Shown piece after piece: positions 1 through 10,800 of a stretch of 64,000 bases of DNA. This DNA comes from a bacterium (lineage in GTDB: Bacteria > Patescibacteriota > Patescibacteriia > 2-01-FULL-39-33), in assembly GCA_037130015.1 (NCBI GenBank), contig JBAXTU010000001.1, positions 5,153 through 69,152 on the forward strand, read 5' to 3'. Positions within the stretch are counted from its first letter, which is position 1; the number at the start of each line of letters is the position of its first letter. The notes below the pieces were generated by a model, which did no database searches, was not told the DNA's origin, and was given only the letters and a program-made list of their open reading frames with translations. Made by a program: the position numbers and the translations under genes.

Positions 1-766
1 GCCGGTTGTTAATAATAAAAATAAAAAAGAAATTATTGATTTTTTATTTTCTGAAATTAAAAAAATAGCCAAACAAGAAAACGCTATTTTTTTACGTTTG
101 GAACCGGCTTGGCAGGAGAGTGAAGAAAATATCAGCTGGCTGAAAAATAATAATTTTAAATCCATTGGCCAAATTCAGCCAAAATCAACTTTAGTTTTGG
201 ATTTATTAAAAAGCGAAGAAGATCTTTTGCAAGCTATGAAGCCAAAGACTAGGTATAATATCAGGGTAGCTCAAAAGCATTGCATCAAGATAGATGAGGG
301 TAAAGAATATTTTGAAGCTTTTTGGAATTTAATGAAAAATACTTCCGAGCGTGATCAATTTGTGTCGCATCAAAAAGAATATTATCAAAAAATGTTGGAA
401 GTTTTGAGTGAGACTAAAAATTTAAAACTCCTCGTGGCCAAAGACGGTGACAAAGTAATTGCCACCAATCTGGTGGTTTATAGCGGTGATTGGTGTGTAT
501 ATTTGCATGGCGCTTCTGATTATTCGGCTCATGAAAAAATGGCGCCTTATCTATTGCAATGGGAAACTATACTGCAAGCCAAGGCGCATGAATGTTTGTA
601 TTATGATTTTTGGGGCGTGGACGAAATTAAATGGCCGGGTGTGAGTCGATTTAAAATCGGTTTTGCTCCGAACACTCAACTTACCAAATATGTCGGTGCC
701 TATGATTTGTCTTATGAAAAATTTTGGCATCAGGCTTATGTTGGTTTGCGAAAATTTAAAAAATAA
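1..766 (+). CDS. FemAB-family peptidoglycan interpeptide-bridge peptidyltransferase (5' partial)
   Basis: The reading frame is open from base 2 with no stop, so the N-terminus lies outside the window. FemABX-like segment: IFLRLEP...YLHGASDY...MAPYLLQWETILQAKAHECLYYDFWGV. The first in-window start is TTG at 98. Confidence 0.6.
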   Translation, partial: PVVNNKNKKEIIDFLFSEIKKIAKQENAIFLRLEPAWQESEENISWLKNNNFKSIGQIQPKSTLVLDLLKSEEDLLQAMKPKTRYNIRVAQKHCIKIDEGKEYFEAFWNLMKNTSERDQFVSHQKEYYQKMLEVLSETKNLKLLVAKDGDKVIATNLVVYSGDWCVYLHGASDYSAHEKMAPYLLQWETILQAKAHECLYYDFWGVDEIKWPGVSRFKIGFAPNTQLTKYVGAYDLSYEKFWHQAYVGLRKFKK

Positions 767-777
767 AATTATACCCA

Positions 778-1971
778 ATGAGTTTTGAAGTCAAAGACAT
801 GATCTTATCTTGTTTTCCTAGGCGTTTAAGTCGTCAAGTCAGGGAGCTATATTTTTCTTCGTTAATTTTGGTTTTTGCTGAATCGCTGATTGCAATTTTT
901 GAGCCGGTTTTTTTGTTTTTGTTTTTTTCTGGCAGAGGAGCTAGTTTGCCAATAGCATTAATGCAAGTGATTATTTTTTATTTGGCTATTTATGTTCTTT
1001 ATTTTTTTACCATTCCACTGGGCGCCAAATTTGCCAAGCATTTCGGCTATGAATATTCCATGTCATTAAGTTCTGTTTTTGTAGTTTTAATTTATTTGGG
1101 ATTTATTTTAATGAAAACTTGGTTTTGGCCAGCTATTATTTTATCAATTGTTTCTTATACTTTGGCCAAACTTTTTTATTGGCCGGCTTATCATGCTAAC
1201 TTTGCCCGTTTTTCAGATTGCAGTGAACGCGGTCGGGAAATTAGCAATCTGGGTGTTTTGCAATCAATCGGCGGTATTATTGCGCCAGTCATTGGCGGTT
1301 TTATTTTAAAATTTTATAGTTTTCCTGTATTGTTTGTTTTGGCCGCGGTTTTAATTTTGCTTTCTAATATTCCCATGCTTAGAACCAAAGAAAAATTTGA
1401 ACCAACAAAATTTTCTTATTTTGGCGCTTATAAATTTTTATTTTCAAAAGCCAAAAGACGCAAATTTTTCTCTCTTTGGGGATATGGCGAAGAATTTATC
1501 GCCATAGTAATTTGGCCGATTTTTATTTATGTGGTGGTCAAAGATTTTCTTGATCTGGGCGCTTTAACAGCCGTTTCTTTATTTGCCACCACCTTGATTT
1601 TTTTGTTTATCGGTCGTCTGACAGACAGCCAAGACGGGCGATCTATTTTGCGACTAGGGACTTGGTTTTATTTTTTCAGCTGGCTGGTAAGGCTTTTTAC
1701 CCGCACCGTGCCTGGCATTTTTACTGTTGATGTTTATTCTCGTCTGGGCAAGCAAGCGCTTAGCGTGCCTATTACAGCTATGACTTATAGCAAAGCTATG
1801 GAAAAAGATTCATCCACCATGGGTACTATTTTATTTTTTGAAATGTCGCTAGTAGCCGGCAAAATTATAGCCATGATTGCTTGTTTATTACTGTTGCAAT
1901 TTTTCGCTTTCAGTTGGAATCCGCTTTTTGTTTTGGCCGGACTCATGAGTTTGCTTTATTTATTGTTTTAA
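778..1971 (+). CDS. MFS-type transporter (polytopic membrane protein)
   Basis: About 12 hydrophobic segments. MFS motif-A-like loop GRLTDSQDGRSILRLG between helices. Confidence 0.5.
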   Translation: MSFEVKDMILSCFPRRLSRQVRELYFSSLILVFAESLIAIFEPVFLFLFFSGRGASLPIALMQVIIFYLAIYVLYFFTIPLGAKFAKHFGYEYSMSLSSVFVVLIYLGFILMKTWFWPAIILSIVSYTLAKLFYWPAYHANFARFSDCSERGREISNLGVLQSIGGIIAPVIGGFILKFYSFPVLFVLAAVLILLSNIPMLRTKEKFEPTKFSYFGAYKFLFSKAKRRKFFSLWGYGEEFIAIVIWPIFIYVVVKDFLDLGALTAVSLFATTLIFLFIGRLTDSQDGRSILRLGTWFYFFSWLVRLFTRTVPGIFTVDVYSRLGKQALSVPITAMTYSKAMEKDSSTMGTILFFEMSLVAGKIIAMIACLLLLQFFAFSWNPLFVLAGLMSLLYLLF

Positions 1972-1974
1972 TTT

Positions 1975-3006
1975 ATGGCGAGTCGCTGGAAATTTATTGA
2001 TGTGCTCAGGGGATTGGCCATAGTGCTAATGGTTTTTAATCATACGGCCAGGTACCTATTGGACATTTCTGTTTTTGGCTATGAACAATTTGTTTATGGC
2101 ACCATGATTATGGCTGGGCCTGTTTTTTTGTTTTTGGTGGGTTTTTCACTGGCCTTGTCATTTGAGGCGACCAAAAAAAATATCAAGTCAAACAGAAAAA
2201 TAATCAGCAAATATGTTTTTAGAGGGTTAATAATTACAGCCGTTGGTTTTTTTCTTAGCTTTTGCGTTTTTTTGGACGAACAGTCATTGACTAGCAATGT
2301 TTTACACACCATTGGGGAAGGAATTATTTTAGCCATTCCTTTTTTATACTTCAGTCAAAAGTCCATTGGCCGTTTATTGACTTTATTTTTGGCCATAATT
2401 GTTATAATTTCTTTTTATTGGCTTTATCTTTTTTTTGTATTTTTTTCATTGTCGCATCAGATTATCGCGCAAATGTTTTTGTCTGGTTTTCAGTTGGTGC
2501 CATGGTTTGGTGTTATATTGCTAGGCATAGTCTCTGGCAATTTTTTTATTTTATCTGTACAAAAAAATCAGGCTAGTTTGTTTTTTAAAAAAATATTAGG
2601 TCTAGGTATTTGTAGTTTTTTGGTTTTTATATGTGTACAAATGATAAATCCGCAGACGCTTTGGCTGTTTAGCGGGGATTATGACCTGAACGGTTTTTGG
2701 TTGCCATCAGGAGCAATGATGATTTTTATCTTGTCAGGAATTATGGTTTGCTTGTCTGCTGTGTATTATTTGGTTGAAATTAAAAAAATAAATTTGCAAT
2801 TTTTGATTGATTTTGGTCGGGCTTCGCTTGTGTTGTATGTTTGGCATTTATTTTTAGTGGTTGTGGTTTTTGAGATTATTCTAGGTTTAAATTTTTTCAA
2901 TTGGTTTTTGTTTTTTGTTTTTGATTTGTTGTTGTTTGTATTTTTGTGGCAGTCAGCTAAAATATGGATAGAGATTAAAAAATATTTAAAAAAATATGTA
3001 TACTAA
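1975..3006 (+). CDS. DUF1624 / acyltransferase-3-like integral membrane protein
   Basis: N-terminus WKFIDVLRGLAIVLMVFNHT is typical of the HGSNAT/DUF1624 family. Polytopic. 11-nt overlap with the downstream rsmA. Confidence 0.4.
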   Translation: MASRWKFIDVLRGLAIVLMVFNHTARYLLDISVFGYEQFVYGTMIMAGPVFLFLVGFSLALSFEATKKNIKSNRKIISKYVFRGLIITAVGFFLSFCVFLDEQSLTSNVLHTIGEGIILAIPFLYFSQKSIGRLLTLFLAIIVIISFYWLYLFFVFFSLSHQIIAQMFLSGFQLVPWFGVILLGIVSGNFFILSVQKNQASLFFKKILGLGICSFLVFICVQMINPQTLWLFSGDYDLNGFWLPSGAMMIFILSGIMVCLSAVYYLVEIKKINLQFLIDFGRASLVLYVWHLFLVVVVFEIILGLNFFNWFLFFVFDLLLFVFLWQSAKIWIEIKKYLKKYVY

Positions 3007-3820
3007 AGACCAAATCAAAACACTTTGCGCCAAATACGACCTGATGCCATCAAAAAGCAAAGGGCAGAATTTTTTGACTGACTTTAAAGTGATTGAAAAA
3101 ATAATTGAAGTGGCAAAAATAAGCAAACAGGAAACGATTTTAGAAATAGGTCCTGGTTTGGGCGTGTTGACAGGGGAGTTGATAAAATCAGCCAAAAAAG
3201 TAATAGCCGTGGAATTGGACAAAAAATTGTTTGATTTTTTACAAGTTGAGTTTGTAGGAATTGAAAATTTAGAATTGATTAATTCCGACATTTTGAAATT
3301 GAATTTAGCAAAATTGAATTTAAAAGATTTTGAATATCGTCTGATTGCTAATTTGCCATATAATATTACTTCCGTGGCTATTAGAAATTTTTTGACTAAT
3401 TCGCCCAAGCCCAGTGAAATGATTCTTATGGTACAAAAAGAAGTGGCCCAAAGGATTTGTGCGCCTATTGGTGAAATGAGTATTTTGGGTATTTCAGCCC
3501 AGTTCTATGGCCTGCCAGAGGTCTTATTTGAGGTCAGGCGAGGTTGTTTTTGGCCAGAGCCGAAAGTTGACTCAGCTGTAATTAAAATAAAGTTAAAAGA
3601 AAATTTACCTGAAATTAGCGAAAAAAAGTTTTTTCAAATAGTGAAGATGGGTTTTTCTTCCCGTCGCAAGCAATTACATAATAATTTGGCTTCGGGATTG
3701 AACTTAAAAAGTGAAGATTTAAAAAAAATTATTATGGATTTGGGTTTTGATGAAAAAATCAGAGCGCAAGATTTGGGAGTGGCTGATTGGATTAAAATTC
3801 AGCAGATGATTTCTAAATAA
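2996..3820 (+). CDS. rsmA: 16S rRNA (adenine1518/1519-N6)-dimethyltransferase RsmA/KsgA
   Basis: GQNFLTD, SAM-binding ILEIGPGLGVLTGEL, catalytic NLPYNITS, full length about 270 aa. Confidence 0.9.
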   Translation: MYTKDQIKTLCAKYDLMPSKSKGQNFLTDFKVIEKIIEVAKISKQETILEIGPGLGVLTGELIKSAKKVIAVELDKKLFDFLQVEFVGIENLELINSDILKLNLAKLNLKDFEYRLIANLPYNITSVAIRNFLTNSPKPSEMILMVQKEVAQRICAPIGEMSILGISAQFYGLPEVLFEVRRGCFWPEPKVDSAVIKIKLKENLPEISEKKFFQIVKMGFSSRRKQLHNNLASGLNLKSEDLKKIIMDLGFDEKIRAQDLGVADWIKIQQMISK

Positions 3821-3872
3821 TATTTATTTGGGAATGATTTAATTTTTATGGTTTAATATATTTGTTTTTTAT

Positions 3873-3902
3873 TTGTTAGTTTTATATTAAATGTGGTATA
3901 AT
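3873..3902 (+). promoter_or_regulatory. sigma70-like promoter: TTGTTA, 18-nt spacer, extended -10 TGgTATAAT
   Basis: -35 at 3873-3878 and -10 TATAAT at 3897-3902, preceded by TG at 3894-3895. About 30 nt upstream of the 3932 ORF and the giant-gene operon. Confidence 0.45.
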
Positions 3903-3931
3903 TTAGTTATAAAATAATTATCCACACTTCA

Positions 3932-4888
3932 ATGGAAGGTGAAGAAAGAAACAGGCCTGATTCTTTGCAAGTTGATCCGTCAAATTGGGAAGAATATCAA
4001 GAAACAGTTGATGAAAATACTGTTTTTTCAGACGAAAAAAGGCCACGAAAAGAAAAAGCCGTTGCCGGAGCTATTTTAATTGTGGCTTTGGTGGCTGTTT
4101 TTTTTGTTTATTATCAGTTGTCATTGGCTGTTACCAGTCCTTTTAATTCTTTTATGCAAGCTACCAGTATAGCGTCAAGTTCTTTTGTTGCGACAGATAA
4201 TAATGGCAGTAATTCCGCAATTAAAGATCAATTTTTGTCCATGGCAGAGCTTAAAAGCAAAGACACGGATGGTGATGGTCTGTCTGATTATGATGAATTA
4301 TACAAATATCACACCAGTCAATTTTTAGAAGACACGGATGGTGATGGTATTTTTGATGGACAGGAAATAAAAGACGGTACCGATCCTCGTTGCCCCACCG
4401 GACAAATGTGTGATCATAGTTTAGAGGTGGCTTTGGCTCCGCCAACTTTTGATACCTCTGTTATGTCTTTGCCTGATCAAACAGCTGTACCCGATGCTAG
4501 TACCACCTTGAATATTATTAAGCAGTTATTATTAGATAATGGTGTTCCTCCTGATCAAATATATCAATTCAGTGATGCTGATTTGTTAGTTATGTATCAG
4601 CAGGTTGGCTCAGAACAAACCAGCTTGAGTAGTGTACAGCAGGTTACATCGGGGAATAGTGGTGTTAGTCAAATTCAATATAGCAATAACGTTGATTTTA
4701 AAACTTTAGGCATTAATTCACTAGAAGATTTTAAAAAAATGTCAGGATCTCAATTGCGTCAACTTATGATTTATCAGGGCGTAGCAACTGATACTTTAAA
4801 TCAAATTACCGATGATGAAATAAAAACTATCTTTTTAGAGCAATTACAATCAGTAACTAGTAGTACTGCCACTTCAACCTTAAAATAA
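3932..4888 (+). CDS. membrane-anchored protein with thrombospondin-type-3-like Ca-binding repeats
   Basis: One TM helix (AVAGAILIVALVAVFFVYY). Repeats DTDGDGLSDYDE and DTDGDGIFDGQE. Ser/Thr-rich C-terminus. 12 nt upstream of the giant gene. Confidence 0.45.
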   Translation: MEGEERNRPDSLQVDPSNWEEYQETVDENTVFSDEKRPRKEKAVAGAILIVALVAVFFVYYQLSLAVTSPFNSFMQATSIASSSFVATDNNGSNSAIKDQFLSMAELKSKDTDGDGLSDYDELYKYHTSQFLEDTDGDGIFDGQEIKDGTDPRCPTGQMCDHSLEVALAPPTFDTSVMSLPDQTAVPDASTTLNIIKQLLLDNGVPPDQIYQFSDADLLVMYQQVGSEQTSLSSVQQVTSGNSGVSQIQYSNNVDFKTLGINSLEDFKKMSGSQLRQLMIYQGVATDTLNQITDDEIKTIFLEQLQSVTSSTATSTLK

Positions 4889-4899
4889 TTTTATTTTTA

Positions 4900-7800
4900 A
4901 TGTTAAATAAATTGTTTTCATTTATAAAAAATCAGAGCTTCAAACAGTTGATTGCTGGTTTTTTATTGTTTTTAGTTATGTTTTTTGTGCCGATGATGCC
5001 AGTTTTGGCGCAAAGTGCTGTGGCAATAACAGCAACTCAGAGAGCCTATGATGCAGCTTTATTAGATACTGCTGTTAAATATGGCCTGGTTACAATGGGA
5101 CTTAATGCTGCTTATAAAATTTGTATGAATAATGATAAGGGAGCAAAACCAGATCAGCCAGGTCCTGTAAAACCAGAAAGTAATACTTCTGGTGAAGATG
5201 GGTCAGGTTTTAATTATGATGATCCGTATGCATCGGCTATTCCACTAGAGCCAACACCAGCCATGAATACTGATATTCAAAATTTGACTAATTGTATGGC
5301 TGAATCTTTGAAGGGCAATGCTGTTTTTACTAGAGCCCAGATTGAGGCGGATATTAAAATACGTCAGAGTCAAACCAATGAGAGTGGAATGGATAAAATA
5401 TTTAAAGATGTTTTTGCTGCAGCCTGGAAAAACATGTGGAGTCAATTTTCCAAAAGAATAGCTTATGACACTGCCAGTTGGCTGGCTTCTGGTGGCAAAG
5501 GGCAACAGCCATTATTTGTGACTCAAGGTTTTGGCCCTTATATGCTTGGCGTGGCCGACGAATCGGTGGGTGCTTTTATTGATACTATAGACAAACAATA
5601 TGGCGTCAATTTGTGCGCGCCAAATTTACAAATTCAATTATTGTTTAAGCTGGGACTAAATCCGAATGTTCCTCCAGTTCAATGCCGTTTCAGTAAAATG
5701 ATCACCAATTGGGGTTCGGCTATCAATGATGCCAGCTTTACTGTCAATTATAACGCCTATTTATCGCCTTCAGAAAATGATTTTGGTGTTTTTCTTAAAT
5801 TGCAAACCGGAGTTATTGATGAAAAAAATTGGGCTTTGTTTCAGGCGGCTCTAAAATTAAATACCGATAATGGTTGGCAAGATGTGCAAAATTTTGCCAA
5901 AAAAATCTTGACTCCTGGCAGTATGGTTAAAGAGTTAGCCATGAATTCAGGTGGAGCAGATATTAACAAATTCATGGAAGAACAAAAAGTTTTTACTGGT
6001 ACGGTGGTTGATTTTATTAATACTTTTGCTCAGACTTTGGTTTTTAAATTATTTAGTAATTTGCAAAATGGTTATTTTTCTAATAATAGTGATAGTAGTA
6101 GTGGCAATAGTTTAGCTGGCTTAAACTTAACTGATTTGTCTGGTTTGTTTAATTCTCAATCCCAACCATTTATTGAAGGTAAGGCTGGTGCGGCCGGAAG
6201 ACTGACAGGAATATTTCAGGCTCAAGATTCTGCTGCCAATCCAGGTCCGTATGATATTATTAATAAATTAATTTTTTGTTCAGATACTGCCAGAAAAAAT
6301 CCCGGACCAACCGATTGTGTAATAGACGAATCTTTTGCTTCTGGCATCCGTAATAGGGTTTTTGTCAAGGACTTGCCAGATAGTATTAAAAAACGTCGTT
6401 TTGCTCCTTCTGCTAATGATGTCACCAATCCTCAACTGGCTTTTACTTGGCGTAATATTGAAATACTTAGAAAATATCGCATTGTGCCAGACGGTTGGGA
6501 TGTGGCGGCTCAGTATTTGGCAAAAGCCACTGGCACTTATGTCACCCTAAATGATTTAATATCATGTTTTGATCCAAATGATAATTATACTGACTATTTT
6601 GCCCCATGGTGTGAAGGAATGATTGATCCTTTTTGGATTTTGAAGGCTTCAGAGCTTTTTTGCCGACGGCAAGGATATGGCGCCACCAATTTATTTTTTG
6701 ATGCTCAAGATGGTACAATTCAAAGAAATAAATATTGTTCTGATGAACAACAGTGTATAAAAGAAGATTATCAAGGAAATTGTTTGGCTTATGGCTATTG
6801 CACTGAAGAAAGACGCAATTGGGATTTTAATGCCACGCCTTGCGAACCAAAATATAATACTTGCCAAACAGTCACTAGTCGTCTTGGTGGGACTAATTCT
6901 TATTTAAAAAATACGCTTGATTTCCGTTATTGCAATGCGCAAAACGCTGGTTGCCGTTGGTATAGTGCCACTTTGAATCCAGTTTCCAATGATTGGATGC
7001 ATGAGACATCTTATTATCCTTCATCAGATGCTTCTTCTACTTTAGCCCTGACAAAATGTGGAGAATATGGAGGCTGTGATGTTAAAGGCACAGGAGAACA
7101 AGTAGGCGCTTGGCGTAGTATTAGTCCAGATTACAAAGTTATTTTGGGAAGTCCTTGTCTGGACACTAATAATTGTAAATTTACCGCTGATGATAAATGC
7201 ACAATTCCTTATGGTGGAATTAAATGTCTGACCGGATCTTCCACTTGGCTCACTTTGGGAACATCAACTATGCCTGGAGCCGAGACCATTTATTTTAATC
7301 GTCAGGTTCAGGCTTGCGATGGTTCAGAAAGTGGTTGTAGTCAGTTTATACGTGCCGTGCCTGGAGTTGGCAGTAATCTAATACCAAATAGTGGTTTTAA
7401 TATTGATGAAAATAATAACAACAAGCCAGATGGCTGGGAAAAAGGAGCACATGCATCACATATGACTTCTACTAATGGGCAGGTTTTGGTAGATTATGAT
7501 GCTGAGACCATATACGCAACAGTGATAAGCGTCAAACCAAATACAAGGTATGTTCTTTCTGTTTATGCGGCTCAAACTTCAACCGTTTCCACTAGTGAAG
7601 CTAGAATAGAAACCCAATTATTTGAGTCAAATGATGCCAATATTTCACACAATAATGTTACAGGGTATGGTTTAAAAAGCATTGCTACTAATTGTACAGT
7701 GTCAGCCGGAGGTAATAATTATTTTGGAGCAGAAGCTAAAACTACGGAATTAATTTTTAAACCAGCAGGTACGGATCCGGAAAGAAGTTCTTGTTGGTTT

Positions 7801-10800
7801 GAAACGCCAGCCACAGCTGGGCAAATTGGTATAAAGATGTTTGCGAATGATTTGCTTGTTCCGACTGGTAAGCAAATACTTATAAGTGATATTCAATTAG
7901 AAGAAGTTGCTTATGGTGTTGAGTATCCTTCGTCTTATACGGATTATGCACCATCTCAAAGACCGAGCAATCAATTGGGTTATGTGAAAAAAGCACCTGA
8001 TTATTATCGTTGCTATACCACTTCAACTTTTTCAGCTTGGCCATTAAATCGCAATCAATTGGAAAAAGTTTTACAGCAAAGAAGGCCAGAATGTTCTGCT
8101 TATGCTGGTGTTTGTATTCCAGAAGAAGTTGGTTGTGAGGCTTTTACACCAGTTAATAAAGATCCTATGGTGCCAGGCGTGGCCACCAAAGCTGATTTAT
8201 GTCCGGCCGAGTGTCTAAATTACCAAACCTATCGCCAATCAGAAACAAGTTTCTTGTCACCTGATGAGCGTCAGTTTATTGCTAATAGCAATTTAAAAAC
8301 TTGTTCGGCATCTGTGGCTGGTTGTGATGAATTTACAAATATTGATGAAGCGACCAGAGGTGGAGAGAGTAGGGAATATTATTCCAAATTGAAATTTTGT
8401 CAAAAGCCAGCCAGTGATGACAGTGATTATTTCACTTGGGAAGGTAGCGACACCACTGGTTATCAATTGAAATCATATCGTCTGAAACATAGCCAAACTA
8501 GCAGTGTTGATCCTACGGCACCTTGCACTGTTTTGACTTATCCAACAGGTAGTGGTGGAGCTAATGCTTGTAAAGATCTTATTACTGATGGTGATGCTAG
8601 AATTGCTTTACCTAGTCCTTTGGCTGGTCCGGTTGTTAAAGCTGGAAGGTTAAAAGATTATTTAACTCATTTAAATAATGATGTCATTACCACCAGCACA
8701 GACTTGAATCCACTGATTACAACAGAATTACACAAATATGGTTTGTGCGCCAAGCAAGAAGTGAAAGGTTATTATTATTTTTCAGATAATGGCACGCCAG
8801 CCACTACCACTGATGATAGTTTGGTGTATACGCCAATTAACCCGGATTGCCGTGAGTTTTATGATGATATGGGTAATGTTAGTTATCGTTTGCTGTATCA
8901 GACTATTATGTCCACCAATAATTGTTATGCTTATCGTCGCACTCAGACACAATATTCGTTTCTTGATGCTCAAAATGATTGTGATAATTATCAGGGTTAT
9001 TGGGATACTACTAATAATGTTTGTATTTACATGGCGGTGCCAAAAGGTGGTCGTGTTTGTTCGGCTACGGCCGTTGGTTGTCGTGAATATATAGGCAATC
9101 GTGGTAATAATGTGCAAAATGTATTAAACACTGATTTTGAAAGCGGAGCCGACTCCTGGCAATATGGCACACTCAGTGCCGCAGCCACTTATCCTGGCGG
9201 TTCTTCTTTTTCTAATAAAGCGGCTAGTGGCCAAAACTTTGGACAAGTGATCAGAAATATTTATTTAAGCAATAATCGTTCATATACTTTGAGTTTTTGG
9301 GTACGAGGCGGAGATATTGACGGAGATTTTTCTCTGGACTCTGTGCGTTTGTTGGCCACATCTTCTATGAGTGGAACTAATGATTATCATAGTTTTTTTG
9401 CGGTATCTTCAACTCAGGCTAGTGAAGCTGGCCTTTCCTCTCAGGGTGTTTCTAGTACCTTGGCCGTGGTAGAAGTTAATGATCAATGGCGCCGTTATGA
9501 GCTGGGACCGGTGTATGTTGATTGGGGTGGCAATCAAGAATATTTTTCAAATACTCTAGAATTAAATATACCAACTGGTAAAACAATTTTTATTGATAAT
9601 GTAATTCTAAAAGAAGTCAATCAAAATATTTATGCCATAGACAACTCTTGGGTGACTCCATTTTCTTGCGACAACAAAATTGAAACGCCTTATGGCAGTA
9701 GCAGTACTAATCCGAGTTTTGTTTATGATAGTTACAATGCGGTGCGTGATTATCCTGGGGAAATGGTGGGTTGTAGCGCTTATCGTGACAGAAAAAATGT
9801 TGTTTGGAATCTAAAATCGTTTGAGCGTTTGTGCCGTCCAGATGCTATTGGTTGTGAGGCTTTGATTGATACTTATAATTCTGATTCGCCTTTTGGAATA
9901 ACATATAATGTTGGCGATCAAAAAGGCGCTGAGGTGAAAGTACCTGCTGATTCGCAAATTTATATGGTCAATGACAAGCCGTTTGAATGTAAGGCAGAAA
10001 ATATGGGTTGCGGAGCATATGGTTTGCCTAATATGACCAGATATGATGAAACAGTTGGCTATAATACTATATTTTTGAAAAATCAACCTGATCGCTATAA
10101 TTCTGATTTGTGCAAATCCAATGAATTATGGTGCGAGCAATTCCAAGAACAATCCAAGTCTGTTAATAGTTCTTTTGTGTATTTCAAGGATCCTAGAGGA
10201 AAATTGTGCCAATATTCAATAGCTGGTACAAGTATTGATGGTTTGTCTAATTTGGGTCAGTGGTATGAGGTTAATGCTTCTACTACTTGTGCAGTGGATT
10301 ATTATCAAACTATTGGCGTGGGCAATAGGGAAGAGAAAAAACAACCAGTTGGTTGGTGGGAAAATGATCCCGCAAACTCTAATTTTGGAGGAGAAAGCAC
10401 ACGGTATGCAACTGGTTGGGCAGGATTATGTCCACCAACTCAAAGCAGTTGCACAGAATATATTGATCCTTTGGGACAATTTTATGGCAACATGATTGAT
10501 ACTAGATTAGTATCTGTAGAGCATAAAATGTCAATAGCTTTGGATGCTGATGTTTTGTATGTGGTTTCGGCTAAGACAGTTGAATATAGTGCGGGGACAA
10601 CAACACCTAATATTAGTGTTTATTGTCCTGGTTCAAAAATCTTATCACCAGATTTGAGTATGCAATCACCAACTGGTGTAGGTGAAAGTATTAGCTTGGA
10701 TAGAAATCAATTTACAACTAAAGAGCAGGTAAGTGGAAGATTTTATTTAATAAGTACAAATAATTACACTAGTTTTAATTGTACTGTTTCGTATAGTCCA

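Noticed and set aside
8782-9117. Overlapping antisense and alternate-frame ORFs inside the giant gene (8782-9117 -, 8789-9094 +, 12663-13173 -, and others)
   Set aside because: Low-complexity translations produced by AT-rich sequence opposite a strongly coding frame. No start or RBS context.
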